Origin: a virus
Reading direction: 5' to 3' (one strand)
IMG/VR virus record: IMGVR_UViG_3300012933_000155
Span: 32,001-96,000 of that record
DNA length: 64,000 nt
Shown here: piece by piece, positions 10,190-17,944 of the stretch
Layout of the letters: every line of letters begins with the position of its first letter
Position numbering within the stretch: position 1 is the first letter of the stretch
Notes under the pieces: generated by a model
What the model was told of the DNA's origin: nothing
Seen by the model: only the letters and a program-made list of their open reading frames with translations
Database searches by the model: none
Made by a program: the position numbers and the translations under genes

Positions 10190-12883
10190 ATGATTCGTGA
10201 TGTGTTTTATTTCGGTGAAAAGCCGAACGTTCATCCACGTGAGAAGTTTGCAAATGATTTAGCACACGCAAGAGAGTTATCAACTACAGAACACTTTTGG
10301 ATTATCAACGAGTTCTGTGACTATTCAACGTTTGACTGGGACTTTGACTTTGAACTACTACCCGACGAAGATGTATGGGCAGTTGATTTTATCAATATAT
10401 TCCCTAGTCAGTGGACAAACAATAGCGGCACTTGGCTATGTCCTAAGTTAGATAACAACGATAAGATATATCGTAGTGATGTAGAGCCTGTATATCGCAA
10501 GAACGAAAAGAACAGGTTCTGGAAAGACTCAGCTAGTACATTTGAGTTTGATTATAGCTGGCACCCTGAAGAATATAGTCCCCCGTTTATATTTCAATTT
10601 GGTACTCAGTGGCAAAAGACTAGTGGTCCACAGTATATAATGGACGGTGCGACAGAAGTAAAATACATGACTGAGCCTAGAGCTAAGAAACTAAGCTATG
10701 ATAGTTATTGGGAAACTAATGGGTCTAAGATAGAATCATTTGATTATACTTGGCACCCTGACGACAATAGCCCACCCTACATATATCAGTTCGGTACATT
10801 ACTTGACGAACTAGACGGACCTAGATATGTTACACCCAACAATGACGGCACAGTTGTTTATCTTGAACGGTTAGACGTTGTGTTAGAAGACTTAGAGTTT
10901 CCTAAGTACTATATTAAAACAACATTAGAAGACTTAATTAAAGAACATAATAACGAAATCTTCTGGGCGTTGAACCCTGATTTAGACTATTCTACGTTTG
11001 ATTTTAAATGGCTCCCTGATAAAGAAAACGTCTATCACGTTAATGCATTCGGATCACCCTACAACATCAATAGTCAAACATACTTTGTTAACGGGAAGAT
11101 GTGGAACAAAGGCTATAAAGACATTAACTATGTTGAAGACAAGTTAGTTGAAGCCAAGACTAAGATTAGCATGTTCTTTGTTGATAAAGGAAACAAAGAG
11201 TCAAGTAAAAGATTTGAAGATATAAAGTCACGTTATAGTAATGTGATTAAAACTAGATACTTGAACAACTGGATCGATACGATTAACCGTTGTGTTAATC
11301 GCTCAGAGACTAAGTTATGCTGGATTTTAAATAGTGAACTAGACTATTCAGAGTTTGAATTTGACTATTACCCAAGCCCTTGGCAGATGCAAATGGTTCA
11401 TGTGTTCGGAACACAGTGGAGTCACTGGGGTAATACGTTTATTGTGAATAAAGAATCGTTCACTGAGCAGACCAAATATATTAAAATCATTGAGCATTTA
11501 CCCACGTTAAACTTTGTCAAGTCAAAAAGAACTAAAGCAGTTGATTGCTTATATGATATTGTATTGATTGACCATGGAAACGATTCAGACACTAAAGAAC
11601 TGTTGAGTAACAAAACCAATCAGAATGTCACGGTTGTACCATATAAGCATAGCTATCTACAAACGTTAAAAGAATATTCCAAGTCAGTTGAACTTAAACC
11701 TGAACATTATGTATGGGTTTGTTCTAGTATCTGTGACTATTCAAACTTTGACTTTACTTATATTTGCGACCCATATACTAGAGAACAGTTACATGTTTTC
11801 CCTAGCAACAAGCAGAAGTTCGGAGATACATTCTTAGTTGACTTGAATTCATTTGTCAATAACAGTGAAACTATTAACACATTAAACGAATTCAATAAAG
11901 TAAACTATAACCCGCATCAGTCTGTTAATAGACTACCTGCACCCGTATTCACAGTAGAAGATAGTCAATCTCAAATGACTGAGTTTGATTTTAACTTCCC
12001 CTACGCAGTGTTTAAAACAACAGAAGCCAATGACATTGTTGATGATGAACCATTAAATGTATGGGATAGAAATAGCACAGATATATTAGTCACTACTGTG
12101 GGTGCAAGCAGAGTTATTATACCTAAACACGCTAGAGATTTTATTAAGGGTGATGTATATGACTATCCATATATTAGTAAATCATCTAAACTTGGTTCTA
12201 CTAAGCCACTAGACATTGTGTTTTTAAGTAACGGTGAGAAGTTAGCTGACTTGCACTATGAGAAACTATTGTCAATTAACAAGAATAACAGAGTAGTAAG
12301 AGTTGACGGGGTTAATGGTCGTGCTAAAGCATATCATGCGGCTGCTGAAGCAAGCAACACACCCTGGTTCTTTACAGTGTTTGCTAAACTAGATATGAAT
12401 GAGAAGTTCGATTTTAGTTGGCAACCCGATAGATTGCAGGCTAGAAAGCACTATATCTTCTCAGCTACAAACCCGGTAAACAACTTAGAGTATGGTCATC
12501 AAGCATTAATCGTTTACAATAAGAAACTTGTGTTAGGTAACCCGGGCGTGGGCTTAGACTTTACGTTAGATAACTTGCATGAAGTAGTTGATATCAATTC
12601 AGGCGTTGCACGATTTAATACTGACGAATATAGTACATGGCGCACTAGTTTTAGAGAATGTATTAAATTAAAAGACACTGTAGTAAATAACCCTGACGAT
12701 ATTGTTTCTATTGAACGTTTAAAGACTTGGGCTACTGTTGGTAATGATATGTACGGGGAATATAGTGTCAATGGTGCGTTAGATGCTATTGAGTACTATG
12801 ATAGTGTCAATGGAGACATGGATAAGTTGAAACTAACCTATGAGTGGGAATGGTTGAAAAACTACTACAAAACTAAATACTGA
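10190..12883 (+). CDS. Large multi-module glycosyltransferase-like protein
   Basis: Five W-x-DYSxFDFxWxP-like modules; C-terminal module homologous to 3258..4205. Confidence 0.6.
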   Translation: MIRDVFYFGEKPNVHPREKFANDLAHARELSTTEHFWIINEFCDYSTFDWDFDFELLPDEDVWAVDFINIFPSQWTNNSGTWLCPKLDNNDKIYRSDVEPVYRKNEKNRFWKDSASTFEFDYSWHPEEYSPPFIFQFGTQWQKTSGPQYIMDGATEVKYMTEPRAKKLSYDSYWETNGSKIESFDYTWHPDDNSPPYIYQFGTLLDELDGPRYVTPNNDGTVVYLERLDVVLEDLEFPKYYIKTTLEDLIKEHNNEIFWALNPDLDYSTFDFKWLPDKENVYHVNAFGSPYNINSQTYFVNGKMWNKGYKDINYVEDKLVEAKTKISMFFVDKGNKESSKRFEDIKSRYSNVIKTRYLNNWIDTINRCVNRSETKLCWILNSELDYSEFEFDYYPSPWQMQMVHVFGTQWSHWGNTFIVNKESFTEQTKYIKIIEHLPTLNFVKSKRTKAVDCLYDIVLIDHGNDSDTKELLSNKTNQNVTVVPYKHSYLQTLKEYSKSVELKPEHYVWVCSSICDYSNFDFTYICDPYTREQLHVFPSNKQKFGDTFLVDLNSFVNNSETINTLNEFNKVNYNPHQSVNRLPAPVFTVEDSQSQMTEFDFNFPYAVFKTTEANDIVDDEPLNVWDRNSTDILVTTVGASRVIIPKHARDFIKGDVYDYPYISKSSKLGSTKPLDIVFLSNGEKLADLHYEKLLSINKNNRVVRVDGVNGRAKAYHAAAEASNTPWFFTVFAKLDMNEKFDFSWQPDRLQARKHYIFSATNPVNNLEYGHQALIVYNKKLVLGNPGVGLDFTLDNLHEVVDINSGVARFNTDEYSTWRTSFRECIKLKDTVVNNPDDIVSIERLKTWATVGNDMYGEYSVNGALDAIEYYDSVNGDMDKLKLTYEWEWLKNYYKTKY

Positions 12884-12884
12884 T

Positions 12885-12980
12885 ATGAACTATATTCTAT
12901 GGACAATCGTTTTAGTATTGGGATGTATTGCAGTGTACTGGTTAATTGACTGGCACGACAAGTTTCCTGACGGTGAGTAA
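12885..12980 (+). CDS. 31-aa single-TM peptide (not in ORF track)
   Basis: MNYILWTIVLVLGCIAVYWLIDWHDKFPDGE. Confidence 0.5.
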   Translation: MNYILWTIVLVLGCIAVYWLIDWHDKFPDGE

Positions 12981-12995
12981 ATGGGTAAGTAACTA

Positions 12996-13024
12996 TTGAC
13001 ATAATCCTATGGGTGTGTTATAGT
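12996..13024 (+). promoter_or_regulatory. Sigma70-type promoter of tmRNA gene
   Basis: TTGACA-17nt-TATAGT. Confidence 0.85.
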
Positions 13025-13095
13025 ATGAGTTATTGCTGTATGAAGCAAAGAGAAAAGTGTTCTGGACGCGGGTTCGACTCCCGCCAGGTCCACCA

Positions 13096-13180
13096 GCAAG
13101 AATACTGTTCGCACCAAATAATTGCGAAAAAATAGTGGCGTAGTTCTAGACTATGGATCATTAGCAGTATTCTTACTAAT
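13096..13180 (+). other. tmRNA intervening segment
   Basis: aagaatactg (13098-13107) pairs with cagtattctt (13165-13174), closing the spacer between CCA and the +1 G. Confidence 0.8.
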
Positions 13181-13327
13181 GGGCCTGTCATGGTTTCGAC
13201 AGGGCAACAAGTAAACAAGTGGACAGCAGGGTAATGTGAAAGCCCTTAGGATTGGGGGTAAGAGTACAGTAATGTCATGTCAATATGATATCAGTATTTC
13301 CCGGTCGCAGAAGCAAAAAACTTAAAT

Positions 13328-13360
13328 GCAAATGACGAAAGTTACGCATTGGCCGCTTGA
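13328..13360 (+). other. tmRNA tag reading frame ANDESYALAA*
   Basis: gca aat gac gaa agt tac gca ttg gcc gct tga taa. Confidence 0.92.
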
Positions 13361-13404
13361 TAAAAGCGTCCTGGGGTAAGACATACCTCGCAACAGAAAC
13401 TCAG

Positions 13405-13430
13405 AAAAGGCTCTTCGGAGCCTTTTTCTT
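13405..13430 (+). terminator. Rho-independent terminator after ssrA
   Basis: aaaaggctc-ttcg-gagcctttt followed by T-run. Confidence 0.9.
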
Positions 13431-13477
13431 TGTCAACGTAATGTAAGGCAAAGGCGTTGTATATATAAGGAGCTTAT

Positions 13478-13612
13478 ATGCAACTAACTAAACCCAAAGA
13501 ACATTCCGACGACAAGCCTAGCAAGTACGAGACAATTTTTCTAATTAGAACTTGCTCACGAGGTTGCCCTAATTGCGACAAGAAACGCATAGGAACATGT
13601 CAGTGTAAGTAA
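13478..13612 (+). CDS. 44-aa Cys-rich peptide (not in ORF track)
   Basis: AAGGAG SD; ...TCSRGCPNCDKKRIGTCQCK. Confidence 0.6.
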   Translation: MQLTKPKEHSDDKPSKYETIFLIRTCSRGCPNCDKKRIGTCQCK

Positions 13613-13621
13613 CCTTTTTTG

Positions 13622-13649
13622 TTGCACTAGTCCTAGAATAATATATACT
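13622..13649 (+). promoter_or_regulatory. Sigma70-type promoter
   Basis: TTGCAC-16nt-TATACT; ATG 7 nt downstream. Confidence 0.55.
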
Positions 13650-13655
13650 AGCACT

Positions 13656-13964
13656 ATGAGTAACGAAACAGCTAAATTTATCAACAGCCAACGCCGTCAC
13701 AAAACGGACGTTCACATTGCTAGACAAGTGAAGATTGCCAGACAAAGTTTGTCACATGACACTTCTAAAGTTGCTAGACAACCACACCGTTTAGCAAAAC
13801 GACATGCTATGGATTGCGGTAATCCAAAGTGCTATCTATGTGGTAACCCACGCAAAACTCACAAAGACAAATTAACAGCGCAAGAAAAACGTTTGTACCA
13901 AGATGTAGATAAGACTACTGATAGACATTCAAACGGACTTCCGTCAACAGACATTGATGAATAA
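13656..13964 (+). CDS. Basic hypothetical protein with CGNPKCYLCGNPR motif
   Basis: Putative Zn-binding motif; own promoter and terminator. Confidence 0.7.
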   Translation: MSNETAKFINSQRRHKTDVHIARQVKIARQSLSHDTSKVARQPHRLAKRHAMDCGNPKCYLCGNPRKTHKDKLTAQEKRLYQDVDKTTDRHSNGLPSTDIDE

Positions 13965-13967
13965 TTT

Positions 13968-13990
13968 AGGGCACATAGGTGCCCTTTTTT
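13968..13990 (+). terminator. Rho-independent terminator
   Basis: agggcac-atag-gtgccct followed by T-run. Confidence 0.8.
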
Positions 13991-14089
13991 GTTGCATAAC
14001 CTAATATATACGTATATAATGTATCTCATAGAGCACTAAGTAAATGTTCTGAGTGCTCTACTCAAGTGCTCTAGTATAGAAAGAAGGAA

Positions 14090-14455
14090 ATGTCAAATTT
14101 AGGTTGTTTTACTTGTTTAAGTTGTGGAAAAGTTAATCCTATCAAAGGTCACTCATACACTAACAAGTACTGTAATAATAGTTGCCAACAAGAACACCAA
14201 CGCAGAAACAAGGCGTTTGAGAATGTTCAGAAATGGAAAGAATCAGCTACGCCACAAGCGTGGGCAAAGATTCCCGAGTGGGTAAGACAGTACTTGATTA
14301 ATCAAAGAGAACATCGTTGCCAGGAATGTGATAACACACATCATAACGGTCTAGCTATCCCATTAGATGTAATCTATAAAGATGGTGACAGTTACAACAA
14401 CAAAGAAGATAATCTAATGTTGATATGCCCTAATTGCAAGTCACAAAGAAAATAA
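14090..14455 (+). CDS. HNH-endonuclease-like zinc protein, probably degenerate
   Basis: CxxC, YCNNSCQ, CQEC...LDVIYKDGDSYNNKEDNLMLICPNCK; HNH His positions replaced by Y and K. Confidence 0.65.
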   Translation: MSNLGCFTCLSCGKVNPIKGHSYTNKYCNNSCQQEHQRRNKAFENVQKWKESATPQAWAKIPEWVRQYLINQREHRCQECDNTHHNGLAIPLDVIYKDGDSYNNKEDNLMLICPNCKSQRK

Positions 14456-14479
14456 TTCATTAACATAAAGGAAATTAAA

Positions 14480-15025
14480 ATGAAAACAATCGGCGATAAA
14501 ATCACAAGTTTTGCAGTCACAGGCGTTAAGCCAGGCGCACTCACACCAGATGGCGCATTCGAAACAATTACTGAAAAGAGTTTTGAAGGCAAGTGGAAAG
14601 TAATTGTTTACTACCCAAAGGACTTCACATTCGTGTGCCCAACTGAAATCGTAGCATACGACAAATTGAATGGCGACTTCGCAGACCGCGATGCTGTTCT
14701 AATGATTGGCTCTACTGATAATGAATTCTGTAAGTTGGCATGGCGTAATGCACATGAAGACTTGAAGAAGACTAACTCATGGTCATTCGCAGACGTGGCA
14801 CGTGATGAGAACAGCTTGGCAGAACAATTGGGTATCTTCTATGGTCCAGCAGGTGCGGCACTTCGTGCAACATTCATCGTTGACCCAGACAACATCATCC
14901 AACACGTTACAGTCAACAACTTGGACGTTGGTCGTAACCCAGACGAAGCATTGCGTGTACTTGACGCATTGCAAACTGGCGAGTTGTGCCCATGCTCACG
15001 CCCAATCGGTGGAGAAACATTGTAA
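14480..15025 (+). CDS. ahpC: Peroxiredoxin AhpC
   Basis: YYPKDFTFVCPTE; RATFIVDP; LQTGELCP. Confidence 0.95.
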   Translation: MKTIGDKITSFAVTGVKPGALTPDGAFETITEKSFEGKWKVIVYYPKDFTFVCPTEIVAYDKLNGDFADRDAVLMIGSTDNEFCKLAWRNAHEDLKKTNSWSFADVARDENSLAEQLGIFYGPAGAALRATFIVDPDNIIQHVTVNNLDVGRNPDEALRVLDALQTGELCPCSRPIGGETL

Positions 15026-15543
15026 TGACTGCTTGGGTAGACGCACTTAAAGAGTCTAGTATTCCTGACTATGCTAAGGATACTAAACTAAACATTGACG
15101 CTGTAATTAAGCGTAGTACTCTACCTGTTGAAGAAGCGGAAGCTGTTGCCCTCGCGGCAGCTTTTGCTACTGGCAACAGTAAGTTGTGGACTTGGATGGA
15201 AAGTCAAATTGAAAACAAGACTGAAACACAAGCCGCATTAACAGCAGGTGCATTGATGGCACAAAACAACATGTGGTATCCATTTGTTGAAATGGCTGAC
15301 GATGAGAACTTGAAGGGCTTGCCCGCACAACTTCGCATGAACGCTATCACAACAAGCGGTGGCACAACTAAAGAACGATTTGAAGCATATTCATTGGCTG
15401 CAAGTATCGTTGGTAAGTGTCACTTCTGTGTGAAAGCACACTACGAAGGATTGAAGAAGATGGGCTACACTGTAGAACAACTTCGTGATATCGGTCGCAT
15501 TGCAAGTGTCATTAATTCAGTAGCAAAAGTGGTAGCAAACTAA
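15025..15543 (+). CDS. ahpD: Alkylhydroperoxidase AhpD
   Basis: EAYSLAASIVGKCHFCVKAH (CxxC); TAATG coupling to ahpC. Confidence 0.9.
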   Translation: MTAWVDALKESSIPDYAKDTKLNIDAVIKRSTLPVEEAEAVALAAAFATGNSKLWTWMESQIENKTETQAALTAGALMAQNNMWYPFVEMADDENLKGLPAQLRMNAITTSGGTTKERFEAYSLAASIVGKCHFCVKAHYEGLKKMGYTVEQLRDIGRIASVINSVAKVVAN

Positions 15544-15544
15544 A

Positions 15545-15937
15545 ATGGCAAACATGGCAGAGTACTTTGAAAAGAATCGTTATCATGGCTCATATGAGTT
15601 CGGTGAACGAGTTTTCGGTTATTACAATAAGATTCCTTTCATTGGCTCTGTCGGTAGTGACAGTGTAAGGAGTATGGATGAAGGTCCTATCATCACTGTC
15701 ACACTTGATTTGCCCATTAGTGTTGATGGACAATCAAAAAATGTTATAATTGTAAAACACAAAGACATTAAATCTTTGTTGAGAGATTACGATGCGTCGG
15801 GAGTTCCAAAGGCCGGAGCGACTGATTCTAAACCAGTAGGTAGTGGGTTCAATTCCCATCCGACGCACCAAGAACAACCAAAGTCTAATAGTAAATCACT
15901 GTTAGAAAACTTAAAGAAACTTAAAGGTAAAAAATAA
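15545..15937 (+). CDS. Hypothetical protein whose 3' third overlaps a tRNA gene
   Basis: Open through 15794-15870; stop overlaps next start (TAATG). Confidence 0.65.
   Translation: MANMAEYFEKNRYHGSYEFGERVFGYYNKIPFIGSVGSDSVRSMDEGPIITVTLDLPISVDGQSKNVIIVKHKDIKSLLRDYDASGVPKAGATDSKPVGSGFNSHPTHQEQPKSNSKSLLENLKKLKGKK
15794..15870 (+). tRNA. tRNA with CUA anticodon (putative amber suppressor)
   Basis: Acceptor GCGTCGG/CCGACGC, A73, encoded CCA; D stem GTTC/GAGC with GG in loop; anticodon loop TT-CTA-AA; 5-nt variable loop; T arm GTGGG-TTCAATT-CCCAT. Non-canonical G8, C14 and A31:C39. Confidence 0.8.
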
Positions 15938-16182
15938 TGGATATGGATAATGCGGCAGTTTTCTTAGCCGGTACAATCTTATATGCTATTGGTTTGATTG
16001 TGATTCTAGCAGCCACTATCTTCGCAAACAACTTGATTCACAAATATTGGAAATCATTTGGCTGGTCATGGTTCCCTGCATTCTTGCAACACGATGCACC
16101 GAGATTCATGTCACCGGAAGAAGCTGCAAAGATTGACCCATCGGTAGATCCAATCAGCGGTGAAAAGCATAAACCAAAATGA
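15937..16182 (+). CDS. Small membrane protein
   Basis: N-terminal hydrophobic segment. Confidence 0.7.
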   Translation: MDMDNAAVFLAGTILYAIGLIVILAATIFANNLIHKYWKSFGWSWFPAFLQHDAPRFMSPEEAAKIDPSVDPISGEKHKPK

Positions 16183-16203
16183 TTTGTACGGGGCACATGC
16201 CCC

Positions 16204-16211
16204 TATAAATA
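16204..16211 (+). promoter_or_regulatory. T4-type late promoter
   Basis: Exact TATAAATA. Confidence 0.75.
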
Positions 16212-16238
16212 CAATGTCATAACTTAAGGAGAACCAAA

Positions 16239-16814
16239 ATGACACAACAATAGATTGAATACGCATGTAAAGATGTAGTGTTCCACTTTAACAAGGCACA
16301 CTTACAAGACGAGACCATTCCAATGTGGGTCTTAAAATCACATGGAGAAACCTTTTATGTTAATCATGTGGAATGCAATGTTCCGTGGAGTACGAAAGAG
16401 ACCCCTGATAACCCAAGTACAAAAGGTAGCATCAAAGTCAAGAATGTATTATTGACGATTGATCCAGACAACAACGCAAACTTAACCAAGCTAACTGTTT
16501 TTGATAAAGTACGATTACGCAACCAGAAGATGGGCATTACTCGTATTATGTTCTTGCCTAACTCTGACATTCACACTGCATTATTAGAAGACAAACTAAA
16601 GCATGGACCAATGAAACGAATTACTGCACCTTGTACTACAGCATACATTGTGTGTGACTTGCTTGATAAAGCAGAGGCTACATTCGCTACATTGAAGTAT
16701 GACACTTTCAGAGTACTACAACCTAACGATAGCTACTACCAACGATATGACGAAGACAAAGACCACATCAGTCCTGACTACTCGGATAAAGACACCCCGT
16801 ATGAGTACAGTTAA
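16239..16814 (+). CDS. Hypothetical protein with in-frame TAG at codon 5 (readthrough candidate)
   Basis: AAGGAGA SD, then ATG ACA CAA CAA TAG ATT GAA TAC GCA TGT AAA GAT GTA GTG, in frame with the tracked ORF at 16278. Confidence 0.7.
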
Positions 16815-17010
16815 CCTATTTGTTAAGGGTAATGACTTTAACGAAGTCTTTAAACATGTCACTATGAGCGGGGTAAAGTATTACCCTGTTCGTAGATGGA
16901 GTACGCTAGTACCAGTCTATACGTTCGGGTACAAAATTGAATTGGAAAAGGATCATCCGGTCGTTACCCTTTTGTTGCTCAAATATGACCTAAAAGTTTT
17001 AGATTACTAA
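16801..17010 (+). CDS. Small protein, possible divergent member of the L[RK]W family
   Basis: C-terminal TLLLLKY; start at ATG 16801. Confidence 0.55.
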   Translation: MSTVNLFVKGNDFNEVFKHVTMSGVKYYPVRRWSTLVPVYTFGYKIELEKDHPVVTLLLLKYDLKVLDY

Positions 17011-17105
17011 GGCTTGTGTTATAATAAATACATTGCTAGATAGGCTAGCAGTTCTAACACTCTTTAAACAACATGACCTTAGAGTGTGGTCAGTAAAAGG
17101 AAATT

Positions 17106-17909
17106 ATGATGTACGCAAACAAGCTCGTGGCGAGCCTAAAAGCCAATGGTAAAATTCTCCGCGAATTTAAAGACAATGTTTATATTCCCTTCGGCAGCGA
17201 ATATAGCTTCTTACTAAAAAACCTCAACACAAAACGAGCATTAGTCAATGTATTCATTGACGGTGAAGACATGACACCCGGTGGTCTTGTTATCAATGCA
17301 GGTCAAGAGATTGACTTGGAACGCTCAATCAAAAACGGCAATCTACGTGAAGGCAACAAGTTCAAGTTCATTGAACGTACCGGTGCAGTAGAGAAGCATC
17401 GCGGTATCAAACTAGAAGATGGATTGATTCGTATTGAGTTTCAGTTTGAATTGAATCACCCAATGCAATCGTTCTTTGACAACAATGCTAATAATTGGTC
17501 AAAGAGTACTATGCGTGGATTCAGTGATATCACTTACGCAGCACCACAGGGCACTGGTTCAGCATGGTATGCTACTACAAATGCTACTGACGCTCGTTGG
17601 ATTGGTGCTAGTGGATCAACTTCTATGAACATTTCTGCACAAGCACAATCAATGCCAGCTAACGATGTTGGTATCACTGTAGCAGGTAGCAAGAGCACAC
17701 AGTCATTCACTACAACTACAATGGGTGTGATGGAAGCCGAGAAGCATTCTATCATCTTTATGTTGTTGGGCGAGACCGAAGACAACAAGCCTGTGTTAGA
17801 ACCAGTCAACGTCAAGATGAAGCCAAAGTGTACTAGTTGTGGTAAGCAAAACAAAGCAACTGCAAAGTATTGCTCGGAATGTGGAACACATTTAGAACTA
17901 TTTGCTTAA
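17106..17909 (+). CDS. Hypothetical protein with C-terminal double zinc ribbon
   Basis: CTSCG...YCSECG; AAAGGA SD. Confidence 0.8.
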   Translation: MMYANKLVASLKANGKILREFKDNVYIPFGSEYSFLLKNLNTKRALVNVFIDGEDMTPGGLVINAGQEIDLERSIKNGNLREGNKFKFIERTGAVEKHRGIKLEDGLIRIEFQFELNHPMQSFFDNNANNWSKSTMRGFSDITYAAPQGTGSAWYATTNATDARWIGASGSTSMNISAQAQSMPANDVGITVAGSKSTQSFTTTTMGVMEAEKHSIIFMLLGETEDNKPVLEPVNVKMKPKCTSCGKQNKATAKYCSECGTHLELFA

Positions 17910-17938
17910 TTGACTTTTACCCTAAGTTGTGATATACT
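17910..17938 (+). promoter_or_regulatory. Sigma70-type promoter overlapped by a palindrome
   Basis: TTGACT-17nt-TATACT; 10-bp inverted repeat 17918-17927/17936-17945. Confidence 0.75.
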
Positions 17939-17944
17939 TAGGGT

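Larger units (their letters stand above)
13031..13404 (+). ncRNA. ssrA: Circularly permuted (two-piece) tmRNA; outer ends approximate
   Basis: Acceptor piece first (T-arm gcggg-ttcgact-cccgc, CAGGTCC-A-CCA ending 13095), intervening hairpin, then coding piece starting GGGCCTG at 13181 (7-bp acceptor stem with G3:U70), then tag ORF. Confidence 0.93.

Noticed and set aside
13030-13218. Minus-strand 62-aa ORF
   Set aside because: It is an antisense shadow of the tmRNA (WTWRESNPR is the reverse of the T-arm)
15820-15837. Reading the tRNA as Arg(UCU)
   Set aside because: Centring UCU breaks the anticodon stem; only CUA gives a symmetric 7-nt Y-U-NNN-R-A loop
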